Assembly: GCA_030603365.1 (NCBI GenBank)
Contig: JAUVXV010000011.1
Coordinates: 79,307-143,306, forward strand
DNA from: Candidatus Heimdallarchaeota archaeon
GTDB taxonomy: Archaea > Asgardarchaeota > Heimdallarchaeia > Heimdallarchaeales > Heimdallarchaeaceae
Length of the DNA: 64,000 nt
Direction of reading: 5' to 3'
Numbering within the stretch: the stretch's first letter is position 1; each line of letters opens with the position of its first letter. Of this stretch, positions 39,044 through 49,520 are shown piece by piece. A program made the position numbers and the translations under genes. The notes under the pieces are model-generated. The model saw only the letters and a list, made by a program, of their open reading frames with translations. It was not told where the DNA came from and made no database searches.

Positions 39044-39884
39044 CCACGTTAAAACCCAAACCCAAACTACCGTTCTTATTCATCTTTTTAAGAGTTGAAC
39101 GATATCGATAGATCTTCCTCTTAAGAAGTTCTATATTCAGTTTATAGTGGTTCTCTATAAACACCCAGTATGCACGGATTAGCCCATTATCAGAAAGATA
39201 GTATGGTAAGAGAGAAGAAACAATAACTAATGCTGCATCTTCAACATCTATTCGAGGAATGATCCGATCATCTATCAAATCAAAGGCTTTCTCTTGTAAT
39301 TTACTGAGAGTTATTTCCTTATCAGGGAAGTATAAAATAACCTCGCTAACTACTTGAGCAACCTTACTCTTTAGTAAAGGACTAAAAACATTATTCCTCT
39401 TACGTTGAATATAACCAGCAGCAAGAAGCTCTGATTGTGTTTGTTTCATTGCAAAATAACTGAATATTTTACCTCTCTGCATTCCCAGAAGATCTCTAAC
39501 AGTATCAATATGATTTGGAGAGAGTTTAGAACCTACCAAAGAAAGCCGAAAATCAAGCAAAGCTAAATAGTAATTAGCTATGTGATTTTTAGTGAAGTAC
39601 CTATTAGAACCATAGTCTTCCAAAAAGTCAGGAAGAAGACGTTGGAACTGAATGGTAACATCAGTGATAAGCTTACTTGGAAAGAATTCTAGGAAAATGT
39701 TCGAAAGCTGAGTAGCAAAATCCATAATCCTATTGATACGATCTTCTTCAGGGTCAACAAAGTAGCTTTTGATTATGCTAGCCTTGCGTAATCCTGGTGC
39801 AAGAATTTGTGATAAATCGTGAGTGCTCAGGAAACTCCCGAGCTCCTCAGTTTGTTGTATTGATGCCACGCTCATAATGGACAC
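38991..39884 (-). CDS. hypothetical protein, possibly divergent TFIIB/cyclin-like fold
   Basis: Two helical units with patterns like KAFDLI...DAALVIVSSL...IENHYKLNIELLKRKIYRY. Confidence 0.45.
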   Translation of the reverse strand: MSIMSVASIQQTEELGSFLSTHDLSQILAPGLRKASIIKSYFVDPEEDRINRIMDFATQLSNIFLEFFPSKLITDVTIQFQRLLPDFLEDYGSNRYFTKNHIANYYLALLDFRLSLVGSKLSPNHIDTVRDLLGMQRGKIFSYFAMKQTQSELLAAGYIQRKRNNVFSPLLKSKVAQVVSEVILYFPDKEITLSKLQEKAFDLIDDRIIPRIDVEDAALVIVSSLLPYYLSDNGLIRAYWVFIENHYKLNIELLKRKIYRYRSTLKKMNKNGSLGLGFNVDERSRNYGCTSNNSRHV

Positions 39885-40043
39885 CTAAGCCATGTCTAAT
39901 TGTCCACAAGGTGCCTTCTTATAAATCACTTAGCACAAAAGTTGCAGTTAGGTTGCAGTTTTAGTCAAAAAATTTTTGTGGGGTTTATATACTCACTCCC
40001 TTACTCCAAAAAGTTTTTCAGCATCTCCAACAGAGTAATTTTG

Positions 40044-40484
40044 ATGAAACTATCAATATCTATCAAACGATTAGTTTTTGCGTTTTTAGGGTTTAGTTTA
40101 GGTTTACAACCTGTTTGGATTTTCTTTTGGTTATATCAAAATCAAATGCTAGAGTCCATCCATATACTGGTTTTGTGTTTAATGTTTATGCTTCCGGGAG
40201 GGTTGATTACAGGACTAATTCCTATGAAATTCTTGGATGGAGTCGTATCATCTATAATTCTTGGTATTTTATCCTACTTTCTTTCTTTCATTATCTGGGA
40301 TATAAGTTCATGGTCTATCAATGAGTTCTTGAAAATACTTATCTTTCCAATATCTGTAGTGATTGGAGGTAATATTGGAGCTGCAATTAGACTCTACATC
40401 AATAAAATATTCTTGAAGTATAAAGAGAAGAAAGAAATGACTGAAGACATCAACAGTTCTAACAAAAACGACTTAGATAGGTAG
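40044..40484 (+). CDS. 4-TM membrane protein
   Basis: Likely start at ATG 40044 (MKLSISIKR), within the 39900 ORF; four hydrophobic helices. Confidence 0.7.
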   Translation: MKLSISIKRLVFAFLGFSLGLQPVWIFFWLYQNQMLESIHILVLCLMFMLPGGLITGLIPMKFLDGVVSSIILGILSYFLSFIIWDISSWSINEFLKILIFPISVVIGGNIGAAIRLYINKIFLKYKEKKEMTEDINSSNKNDLDR

Positions 40485-40762
40485 TAGATAGAATTTTTCA
40501 CATTATAAAAACTCCAACAGCATAAAAATGAGGAGACAGGTAAAATAGCTACAGACATGTGGAATAAAATCGAATTTGCTAAAGAGAAAAGATCCATACT
40601 AGGACAGTCAAGAAGGTGATTCTCTTGTTATTGAAAAATTACTGGGATTCTAGCTAAACACGCACTGGTTTGGGAGGAACTGGAGGAGCTTTCAAAAATC
40701 GCTTTAAGCACTAAATTTGATTTGGAAACTGTTGTAGCTTCAAGTGATAGAGACCAACCATT

Positions 40763-41038
40763 AGATTACTCAAGTCATTTTATCTTAAATCAGTTTGTAG
40801 ATAGTGTTTTTTTGCGTAAAAAGTAGAAAAATGATAACAAAAAAGGAAGTTGATTTCTACAGGGAAAGAAGAGGAAGAACCTACTTTTGAAGAATTGTTT
40901 AAAAACTACGTGATAGACTTTGGAGTGTAAGAAAACAAACTGTCAACACTTTTTCTTTTATTCTTCTCTGAATTTCTTTTTCCCTTTTTCTCAAAAGAGT
41001 TATAATCTAGCTTTAGTATCATTTAATGATTCATAAAG
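40763..41038 (+). repeat. Direct repeat X1: 276-bp upstream/promoter region of TPR gene A
   Basis: Matches 43434..43705 with 8 substitutions and one 4-nt indel (hand count). Confidence 0.95.
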
Positions 41039-43009
41039 GTGGGTTATCTGACTCCGTCATTGGAAAAGGAACTAGAGAACCTTGAAACAGCAATCTTTCA
41101 AGGCAAATATACTGAAGCTATGGAAAGGATAGAAGAAATTCTTAAAACCGAAGATATCACTTTAGAAAACAAAGTTAGAGCTCTAAATCTTAGAAGTTTA
41201 ATTGAATTCTTCTTGGGAATTTTCATATTTGAACCAGAACGATTTAAAACCGCTCATGCTTTAGATTTAGAAGCTTATGAAGAGGCCTTAAAAATTGACA
41301 ATCCTACGCTTCTTTTTACTGCAACAATGTTTCTCTCATGGAGTAATTATAGACTTTCAATTTATAAGCATAGTAGAAAATTACGCCAAAAACTAGAGAG
41401 TACTTATGAAAGAATATGTTTAGAAGATCCAAGTGAAGCAAAGAGATTAGAACCGCTCTGGCTTATTCTTGAAGCATTACAATATACAATTCGAGCATTT
41501 CGTGGAGAACCAGTCCCTGAGGATCACTTTGAAGAGGGTATAAAACTGACAGAAGAAGCCATGAAACTTTCAGAAGAAGTAAATAATCTTTTTGCTAGAC
41601 AAGGGAGTATAAGTAATCTCATAGTTTACTATTTTAGAACTGGAAGAAGGGAAGAACAATATAGTTACATCATTAAGCTTTTAGATTTTTGGGAAGAATT
41701 AGGAAACAAATATGCTGTAGCTCACGTACTAAGTATACTTGGGGGCTTCCATTATGATAATGGTGAGTATGAGTTATATTTAGATTACATGACTAAGAGA
41801 TTGCGTATCTGGGAAGAACTAAAGAATGAAACAGGGATAGCTTCTCACAATATTGAAATGGGAGCTTATTATGAGTCTCAAAGAAAATATGATAAGACAC
41901 TAGAATACTATAAGAAAGCTCTTGACTATTTCTCAACAAAAGAAGATTTACTGAGAGTTTCTTATATTTCTCAAAACATAGGTTATGTCTGTAGATTGAA
42001 AGGAGATTTACTTCAAGCTTTGGAATTCACAAAGAAAGTATTTGATTATTGCAATGAAACGAAATATGAAGGTTGGTGGAATATTCTTCCTAATTTATCA
42101 GCGATCTATTTGCTTATGGGTGATCTCGATAAAGCACTCCATTATGAGGAAGAAAATCTGAATCTCCATAAGACTACAAGTTATGCTCATGATACTGCTT
42201 TTTCACTATCTAGAATCTGTATGATCTATTGGCAAAAAGGATTTGAAGATAAAGCAATATCTGATGCTCAAAAAAGTTTGAAGTTATTCGAAGAAATAGA
42301 AAACCCTCTATGGACAGGTAATATTCTTGCTGATCTAATTTTCTTTACTTCAGAGAAGTCTGACATAGATCTAGCTAGAAGTTATTTGGAAAGATTGGAA
42401 CAAATCGCAGAAGATTCAAAAGATACCAATCTAAGACTAGAACTCAATTTTTCTGAAGCTTTGATTCTTAAAAACAGTTCTAATTCAAGAGATAGACTTC
42501 GAGCTGAATTATTGTTTGAGAATCTACTAAGAGAAGAATTGACTTTTGCTTTCCGAATAAAGGTTCTAGTATCATTATGTGAGCTAATACTTCAGGAAAT
42601 AAGTGTAACAAATGAAGTAGAGAGTTTTGCAAATCTAAAGAAGTATACTGAGGAACTATTCTCTCTCGCATCTGACAACAATTCATATTTGATTAAGTGT
42701 CAGACTCTTATCCTACAATCAAAATTAGCGCTTGTGGAGCTAAAGAAAACTCAAGCAGAAAACTTACTTGAAGAAGCAATGAAAATAGCAACTGAAGCGA
42801 AATTAGACAGATTGAAAAAAGTAATTTGGAAGGAACAAAGTAATTTTGATTCAATAAGAGAGATAATAATGAAACTAGATAGTAGCGCAAGAATTACAGA
42901 GAAGCTTGAGTTACTAAAAGTTGAGAAAGGTATCAATAAAATCAAAAGAACAACTACAACTGAATCCATCATCGCTGACACGCCAATACCTCTAAAATCA
43001 CATATCTAG
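41039..43009 (+). CDS. Tetratricopeptide-repeat protein (Asgard-type), paralog A
   Basis: TPR-like helical repeats (G.YDKTLEYYKKAL; GDLDKALHYEEE); 656 aa, collinear with 43706..45676. Confidence 0.9.
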   Translation: MGYLTPSLEKELENLETAIFQGKYTEAMERIEEILKTEDITLENKVRALNLRSLIEFFLGIFIFEPERFKTAHALDLEAYEEALKIDNPTLLFTATMFLSWSNYRLSIYKHSRKLRQKLESTYERICLEDPSEAKRLEPLWLILEALQYTIRAFRGEPVPEDHFEEGIKLTEEAMKLSEEVNNLFARQGSISNLIVYYFRTGRREEQYSYIIKLLDFWEELGNKYAVAHVLSILGGFHYDNGEYELYLDYMTKRLRIWEELKNETGIASHNIEMGAYYESQRKYDKTLEYYKKALDYFSTKEDLLRVSYISQNIGYVCRLKGDLLQALEFTKKVFDYCNETKYEGWWNILPNLSAIYLLMGDLDKALHYEEENLNLHKTTSYAHDTAFSLSRICMIYWQKGFEDKAISDAQKSLKLFEEIENPLWTGNILADLIFFTSEKSDIDLARSYLERLEQIAEDSKDTNLRLELNFSEALILKNSSNSRDRLRAELLFENLLREELTFAFRIKVLVSLCELILQEISVTNEVESFANLKKYTEELFSLASDNNSYLIKCQTLILQSKLALVELKKTQAENLLEEAMKIATEAKLDRLKKVIWKEQSNFDSIREIIMKLDSSARITEKLELLKVEKGINKIKRTTTTESIIADTPIPLKSHI

Positions 43010-43030
43010 AGAAAAACTACTACCAACATG

Positions 43031-43085
43031 ACTAAATCAAAAAAAGAAGGATATAGAAGAAAATTATTTTCTCTTCTTTCTAATT
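43031..43085 (-). repeat. Direct repeat Y1: 55 bp covering the last codons and oligo-T terminator of an S8-protease-type gene
   Basis: 54 of 55 nt identical to 49466..49520. Confidence 0.95.
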
Positions 43086-43433
43086 AAAATTATGCTTATA
43101 GAAACCACTGAAGCTATGAGTATTCCTGCTGTTGAGTAACTCAACTTGCGTGTTGATGAAGTAGGATTGACTGAGTCATCTACTGTGAAAGTAAAGACCA
43201 TCTCTTCCATTTGACCCTTATCATGCATTAGACGAATGGAAATATTACGAACTCCTTCAGGTCCAGGTAATGTTACTTCATAAGGTGAGCTAAGTGGGTT
43301 GTATGGATCAGCATCGATTCTATATTCAACTGAAGCTATGTCAACTGTATCTATATCAAAGCCGATTACTGTATCAGAATGGACTGCTTCAAAGTTTGTA
43401 TGAGAAGTTAGAGTTACAACCTCGCTGACTTTA
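43064..43433 (-). pseudogene. 5'-truncated paralog of the S8 protease C-terminal domain and membrane anchor
   Basis: Gapless alignment to the last 122 aa of 49499..52093 (68/122 identical by hand count). Homology stops where repeat X2 begins, and the TTG 'start' lies inside X2. Confidence 0.85.
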
Positions 43434-43705
43434 AGATTACTCAAGTCATTTTATCTTAAATCAGTATGTAGATAGTGTTTTTTTGCGTAAAAAGTAGAAA
43501 AATGATAACAAAAAAGAAAGATGATTTCTATGGGGAAGAGGAAGAACCTAGTTTTGAAGAATTGTTTAAAAACTACGTGATAGACTTTGGAGTGTAAGAA
43601 AACAAACTGTTAACACTTTTTCTTTTATTCTTCTCTGAATTTCTTTTTCCCTTTTTCTCAAAAGAGTTATAATCTAGCTTTAGTATCGTTTAATGATTCA
43701 TAAAG
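43434..43705 (+). repeat. Direct repeat X2: upstream/promoter region of TPR gene B
   Basis: See X1; contains an oligo-T tract followed by a GTTATAATC TATA-like box. Confidence 0.95.
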
Positions 43706-45676
43706 GTGGGTAATCTGGCTTCATCATTGGAAAAGGAATTGGATAGACTTAGGAAAATAATCTTTCAAGGTAAGTATACTGAAGCAATGAATGGAATAGA
43801 AGAAGTTCTAGAAACTGAAAATATCTCTATTGAAAATAAAATTATAGCTTTAAATCTTAAAAGTCTTATTGAGTTTTATTTGGGAAAGTTTGTACATCAA
43901 CCAGATCGATTTAGAACCGCTCGTGCTTTAGATTTAGAAGCTTATGAAGAATCCTTGAAAATTGACAATCCTTCGCTTCTTTTTACTTCAACAATATTTC
44001 TCTCATGGAGTAATTATAGACTTTCAATGTATAAGGAAAATCTTGAATTAGCCCTAAAACTAGAGAGTATTTATGAAAGAATATGTTCAGAAGAACCGAG
44101 GGAAGCAAAGAGATTAGAACCTCTGTTTTTGATATTTAAAGCAGTAAGACCTGCAATTCGTTCATTTCTTGGAGAACCAGTCCCTGAAAATTATATTGAA
44201 GAGAGTATAAAACAAACAGAAAAAGCTTTGAAACTATCAGAAGAAGTTAATGATCTTTTTGCAAGATCTGGGGCTATTAATAATCTAATGGTTTTCTATT
44301 TGAGAACAGGAAGAATGGAGGAACATTATAGTTACATCATTAAGCTTTTAGATTTTTGGGAAGAATTAGGAAACAAATATGCTATAGCTTCCACCCTCGG
44401 AGCTCTTGGACACTTTCATTTGGAAAATGGGGAGTATGATTTATATTTAGATTATATGAGTAAGAGTTTACGAATTTGGGAAGAATTAGAAAACGACACA
44501 GGAATTGCTATTCACAATTCTGAAATGGGAGCATATTATGAGTCTCAGAGAAGATATAATAAAGCTCTGGAATGTTTTAAAAAAGCACTTGATTATTTTA
44601 CAGAAAAGGAAGATTTACTTCGCATCTCTTATATTTCTCAAAGCATAGGGTATGTTTATAGATTGAAAGGGGATCTGCTTCAAGCATTAGAATATACAGA
44701 AAAAGTATATGATTATTGTTATGAAACCAAATATGAGGGATGGTGGAGTATTCTCCCTAATTTATCTGCAATTTACTTACTTATCGGTGATCTTGATAAA
44801 GCTCTGCAATTTGAAGAAGAAAATCTGAATCTCCATAAGAAAACTGAATATACTCTTGAAACTGCTTTTTCTTTGTCTAGAATCTGTATGATTTATTGGC
44901 AAAAAGGATTTGAAGATAAGGCAATTTCTGATGCTCAAAAAAGTTTGAGATTATTCGAAGAAATAGAAAACTCTCTATGGATAGGTAATATTCTTTTTGA
45001 TCTAATATTTTTTACTTCAGAGAAGTCTGAAATAGAGTTAGCTAGAGGTTATAGGAAAAGATTGGAACAAATCACAGCAGAAACAAAAGATAGTGTTCTG
45101 AAGCTTAAACTCAATTTTTCTGAAGCCCTGATTCTTAAAAACAGCTCCAATTCAAGAGAAAGACTTAGAGCTGAATTATCATTTGAAAACCTACTAAGAG
45201 AAGACTTAGCTTTTTCTTTTCGAACAAGGGTTCTGATATCATTATGTGAACTAATACTTCATGAAATCAATTTAACAAATGAAGTAGAGAGTTTTGAAAA
45301 TCTAAAGAAGTATGTAGGGGAGCTTTCCTCGATTGCATCAGATAACAATTCATACTTACTTACTTGCCAGACTCTAATATTACAATCAAAGTTAGCTCTT
45401 GTGGAACTAAACAAAAATCAAGCAGAAAACTTACTTGAAGAAGCAATTAAAATTGCTACTGAGGTAAATCTAGACAGATTGAAAAAAGTAATTTGGAAAG
45501 AACAGAGTAATATTGAAGCATATAAAGATGTAATAACGAAACTAGATAGTAGCGCAAGAATTACAGAGAAGCTTGGGTTGCTGAAAGTTGAGAATGGAAT
45601 CAAGAGAATCAAAAGAACAACTACAACTGAATCTATTGTTGATGACACCCCCATACCTTTAAAAATACATATCTGA
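43706..45676 (+). CDS. Tetratricopeptide-repeat protein, paralog B
   Basis: 656 aa, gapless paralog of A. Confidence 0.9.
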   Translation: MGNLASSLEKELDRLRKIIFQGKYTEAMNGIEEVLETENISIENKIIALNLKSLIEFYLGKFVHQPDRFRTARALDLEAYEESLKIDNPSLLFTSTIFLSWSNYRLSMYKENLELALKLESIYERICSEEPREAKRLEPLFLIFKAVRPAIRSFLGEPVPENYIEESIKQTEKALKLSEEVNDLFARSGAINNLMVFYLRTGRMEEHYSYIIKLLDFWEELGNKYAIASTLGALGHFHLENGEYDLYLDYMSKSLRIWEELENDTGIAIHNSEMGAYYESQRRYNKALECFKKALDYFTEKEDLLRISYISQSIGYVYRLKGDLLQALEYTEKVYDYCYETKYEGWWSILPNLSAIYLLIGDLDKALQFEEENLNLHKKTEYTLETAFSLSRICMIYWQKGFEDKAISDAQKSLRLFEEIENSLWIGNILFDLIFFTSEKSEIELARGYRKRLEQITAETKDSVLKLKLNFSEALILKNSSNSRERLRAELSFENLLREDLAFSFRTRVLISLCELILHEINLTNEVESFENLKKYVGELSSIASDNNSYLLTCQTLILQSKLALVELNKNQAENLLEEAIKIATEVNLDRLKKVIWKEQSNIEAYKDVITKLDSSARITEKLGLLKVENGIKRIKRTTTTESIVDDTPIPLKIHI

Positions 45677-45761
45677 GACAAACTAATCCTTTTTCTACTT
45701 TTTTCAACAACAGTTATAATTCAGTTTGTAGAAAGTATATTGATTCAGGAAGGTTAACAAT

Positions 45762-47738
45762 ATGTCCATCTCCAAACAATTGGATGATATAGAGCAAAGA
45801 GTTTACGAAGGAAAATACCCAGAATCAATTCAAGAGCTTGGAATAATTCTACAAAAGAATCCAACACAAGAAGAAACAATAAGAGCCAAACTACTAATTT
45901 CTTTGTCAGAAATATGGGTAGCTCAATTTGAAACCCGGAATAGAGTAACTTATCTAAGAGCCTATAATATTACACAAGAAGCATATGAGGAAAGTGTCAA
46001 AATCAACAATCTCTCTTATCAATTTGATTCTCTAATTTTACAATATGAATGTGCTCATTATCTACCAGAATTTGAAAAGGCTGAAAGAACATTCGAACAG
46101 ATAGTTTCTCTTGCTCAGAAATTAAAGAATGAAGACTCTGAACTCTTCAAACTAAAAGAATCTTACTACATATTTGCTAAAGCAACCTTTACTGTTTTTA
46201 GTACTTACAAAGAAGTAGGAGAGTCTGAGAAGTTTATTGATTCTAGTATAAATCGGCTGAAAGAAGCATTGACGATAGCTCAAGAACAAGACAATCACAT
46301 GATTATTCCTTTGATATTGCTCTATATCTTCTACTTCTATTTCTACAAAGGAGATTTTGAGAAATATTTTGATAATACAACCAAACTACTGGAATATGGA
46401 GAGAAGATGAATAACATCTATCTGATTGCAGAGAGTCATGGCCATTATTGTAATTACTACGGAGGAACCAGAAAATCTGAAGAATATATGGCTCAAATGA
46501 TGAGAACCTTTGAAATTGTAAGAAAGATTGGAAACAAGGCAAAACTAGCTTCTCTTAATTCATTGATGGGATGGTATTACCTTTCAGTTGGAGATTATGA
46601 TAAGTCTCTGGAATACTATGAAAAGAGCTTTGATTATCATGAAAGAAACTATGATCAAGAAATCGATTATTCAAAAACAATTGGACATGCTTGGAGTCAG
46701 ATCACTAGATCTGGTGTTTATAGTCTAAAAGGAGATCTTAAGGAAGCAATAAGAAGAGCAGAGGAAGGATATGAAATTCTAAAAAAAGAAAAACCTCACT
46801 TGTGGTGGAATGCTCTTCCTAGTATAACACAGCTCTATCTATTAAAAGACGATCTAGATAAAGCTCTAGAAATTGTAGAAGTTAGGCTGAAACTCCACGA
46901 GAAAACGGGGTACACATTGCATATTGGAGGAGCGCTCAGAGTTAAAGGAATAATTCAATGGCAGAAAGGAATGGGAAAAAAAGCCATTGATACAATTCAA
47001 AAGAGTCTTACTTATTTCAAACAACTAGATGATCCTATTCGTATAACCTATACACTCTATCTGATAGCTTATTATTACTCTGAAATGGGAGAAATGGATT
47101 TAGCTAAGAAATTTGCAAAAGAATTTGAAAAAGCCAATCAAGAAATAAAGGGAGATCAGCTGAAATTTGAATCAAGTCATCTTAAAGCAACACTATTGTT
47201 GAAAAGCGAAGATAGTGGTGATAAACATAGAGCTGAAGGAATCCTCGAAAATCTTTCACAAGGAAAACTATCGTATTCAGAATACATTACAATTAATCTA
47301 TCGTTATGTGAAGCACTTCTGAAGAATGTTCAACAGACTGGAGATAAAACTAGTTACAGTAAACTGAAAGACCAAATACTAGAACTGTTCATCAGAGCGC
47401 AAGAAAATAACTCATACTCATTAATTGTAGAAACTCTTTTACTATGGTCAAAAATCGCATTAATTGAATTTAATGTGGACGAAAGCTCAGAAAAGTTGAA
47501 TGAAGCAGAAAAATTAGCTGAAGAAAAAGGTCTAGAACGGTTATTGAAAGTGGTAAGAGAAGAAAAAGATAATCTCAAACCAGAAAGAAATAGACTGATG
47601 AGATTAGATGGAGGAACTCCAATTAACAAGAGGATGGAAATAGTCAACTTTGATAGAAGAATGAATGGAATAAAGAAAACGAGTATGATTGAAACAATAA
47701 TCAAAGATACTGATCTCCAGCTTAAAGCTAACATATAG
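45762..47738 (+). CDS. Tetratricopeptide-repeat protein, paralog C (more distant)
   Basis: Same architecture (GDYDKSLEYYEKS; LLWSKIALIE; ends LKANI). Confidence 0.88.
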   Translation: MSISKQLDDIEQRVYEGKYPESIQELGIILQKNPTQEETIRAKLLISLSEIWVAQFETRNRVTYLRAYNITQEAYEESVKINNLSYQFDSLILQYECAHYLPEFEKAERTFEQIVSLAQKLKNEDSELFKLKESYYIFAKATFTVFSTYKEVGESEKFIDSSINRLKEALTIAQEQDNHMIIPLILLYIFYFYFYKGDFEKYFDNTTKLLEYGEKMNNIYLIAESHGHYCNYYGGTRKSEEYMAQMMRTFEIVRKIGNKAKLASLNSLMGWYYLSVGDYDKSLEYYEKSFDYHERNYDQEIDYSKTIGHAWSQITRSGVYSLKGDLKEAIRRAEEGYEILKKEKPHLWWNALPSITQLYLLKDDLDKALEIVEVRLKLHEKTGYTLHIGGALRVKGIIQWQKGMGKKAIDTIQKSLTYFKQLDDPIRITYTLYLIAYYYSEMGEMDLAKKFAKEFEKANQEIKGDQLKFESSHLKATLLLKSEDSGDKHRAEGILENLSQGKLSYSEYITINLSLCEALLKNVQQTGDKTSYSKLKDQILELFIRAQENNSYSLIVETLLLWSKIALIEFNVDESSEKLNEAEKLAEEKGLERLLKVVREEKDNLKPERNRLMRLDGGTPINKRMEIVNFDRRMNGIKKTSMIETIIKDTDLQLKANI

Positions 47739-47846
47739 ACAAAAAATGGCAGTAAATTTCCTTGGTGTTTATATATTCAAATTTTACTTTTATTGAATTA
47801 TGCTTGAAAAATTTCTCTTTCAATTCCAAAAAAAAAGAAGAGAAGG

Positions 47847-49403
47847 CTAGGTTCGTTCCTTCTTCTTTTTCAAGACTGAAACGATTGATAAAATGCCTAT
47901 TAATCCAATTAGTATAAGAAGTACAGAGATTTCTTGAAATTCTGGGACAGGTAATGCGTTAAGAGGATAAAGGTCTCTTGATGCTGCTAATCCATCAACT
48001 AAGTAACTTTGTCTGGTGCCAAGATCATCCCATACATTCCCTTCTAGTGTTGAAGTATCGTACCAATAATTCTCTGTTCCGTCATCATATGCTTGAGAAC
48101 CAGTTGTTAGTCTATTTGAAATGAAGTTGTTATGATGTATGTTGTTATTATAACTCTCATCATCCAAATAAACTGCGTAATTATCATTACCTTGTATCAG
48201 ATTATTGGTGATATTAGAGTTCTCAGTATGCCTAAATTCTATTCCATAAATATCATTATTTTTGATAACATTATTATTCACTTTTACAAATTCTGTATAA
48301 ACAAAATTCAGACCATACATATTATTCTGGACAGTGTTTTCTTGAACTAGAGTGAAGTTACCAGAGACATATGCTCCCCAACCACAATAACTACATGTAT
48401 TATCGATAATTGTTGTATTATAACACCCATTTGAAATATGAATTCCAATCTCAAATGCGCTAATACTGTTATCTTCTATAATTGTGTTTGTCGATTTATA
48501 CACAAAGATACTTGCACCAGCGTATCCTAAGTGATTCAGAGTATTGTGTTTGACTGTACTATTAGTGCAGAAGAATAAGCTGATTCCTCTTAAGGAGTTC
48601 TGCATCATTTGATTTTCAACTGTGCATTTTGTTGCGTTTATTAAAAATAGCTGATTATAAATTGACACATTCAAAACAACATCTTGAATGCTAGTAAAGA
48701 ATCCAATAAGCTTTCCATTTGCAGTATTGTTATATACACTACATGTAAGAAAATCATTCAATGTACTACCAAAAACATCTAATCCTTCATTGCTGAAGGA
48801 ATTATTTGCTATCACAGTGTCATGAGGAAATATAACAATCACACCATACGAACTTCCGCTACATGTGTTATTAGCTATAATAGAACCATAACAAGCATGA
48901 GTACTAATACTGTAACTATAATTGTTAGTACAGGTGTTATTTACAATAATTGAATCTTGTGCATATTCTAGAATGATGCCTTGAATGCTTTCGTAACAAT
49001 AGTTATCTCTAATTTCGGTAATTCCAGGAGCTACTGCAAAAACATAGATCCCATAACCTTCAGCTGTAAGTTCACAATTTCTTATGATAAAGTTCACATG
49101 TGCATTAGTAATTGAAATAGCTGATTGTTCTGTTGTTGTAATTTCATAGTTTTCAATAATAAAAGGATGAGTTTCATTTCCATATCCTGGAAAATTATAT
49201 CCTGAAGGACCAAAGTCAGCATCTGAAGTTATTAGAATTGGTGAATGAACTACTTTTTGATGGGGGTAAGGATTAAATCTATTATTTTCATAAGTTGCGA
49301 AAACAGTTCTTCCATCGATGTATGAGAAATTTCTACATAAAATCACGATTAATAGTATAAATAGAAGAGGATTTTTCTTTTTCTTTAATATCTTAAAGAC
49401 CAT
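47847..49403 (-). CDS. NosD-like beta-helix surface protein with PEF-type anchor
   Basis: PGYGNETHPFIIEN, N-x-C repeats, GNVWDD..DLYPL, then PVPEFQ, a TM and KKKK. Confidence 0.87.
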   Translation of the reverse strand: MVFKILKKKKNPLLFILLIVILCRNFSYIDGRTVFATYENNRFNPYPHQKVVHSPILITSDADFGPSGYNFPGYGNETHPFIIENYEITTTEQSAISITNAHVNFIIRNCELTAEGYGIYVFAVAPGITEIRDNYCYESIQGIILEYAQDSIIVNNTCTNNYSYSISTHACYGSIIANNTCSGSSYGVIVIFPHDTVIANNSFSNEGLDVFGSTLNDFLTCSVYNNTANGKLIGFFTSIQDVVLNVSIYNQLFLINATKCTVENQMMQNSLRGISLFFCTNSTVKHNTLNHLGYAGASIFVYKSTNTIIEDNSISAFEIGIHISNGCYNTTIIDNTCSYCGWGAYVSGNFTLVQENTVQNNMYGLNFVYTEFVKVNNNVIKNNDIYGIEFRHTENSNITNNLIQGNDNYAVYLDDESYNNNIHHNNFISNRLTTGSQAYDDGTENYWYDTSTLEGNVWDDLGTRQSYLVDGLAASRDLYPLNALPVPEFQEISVLLILIGLIGILSIVSVLKKKKERT

Positions 49404-49413
49404 AATACTACCT

Positions 49414-49437
49414 TCTAGGTTTACTAGTAAAACTAGA
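49414..49437 (-). promoter_or_regulatory. 24-bp near-perfect palindrome (candidate operator) between TATA box and start codon
   Basis: tctaggtttactagtaaaactaga, with one mismatched pair. Confidence 0.5.
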
Positions 49438-49465
49438 CAAATCTAGAATAAATAGTTTTGCAACA

Positions 49466-49520
49466 ACTAAATCAAAAAAAGAAGGATATAGAAGAAGATT
49501 ATTTTCTCTTCTTTCTAATT
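49466..49520 (-). repeat. Direct repeat Y2: stop and terminator of the S8 protease
   Basis: 54 of 55 nt identical to 43031..43085. Confidence 0.95.

Noticed and set aside
39900-40043. N-terminal extension of the 194-aa ORF
   Set aside because: It spans the divergent promoter region; ATG 40044 follows a TATA-like tract and is the better start.
40485-40826. Coding-like fragments before the first TPR gene
   Set aside because: Multiple stops and frameshifts with no recognisable family; probably a decayed gene, but not supportable as a feature.
41039-45676. Diversity-generating retroelement (TR/VR) as the explanation for the TPR pair
   Set aside because: In the part compared, differences are not adenine-specific; the proteins differ along their whole length; no reverse transcriptase is in the window.
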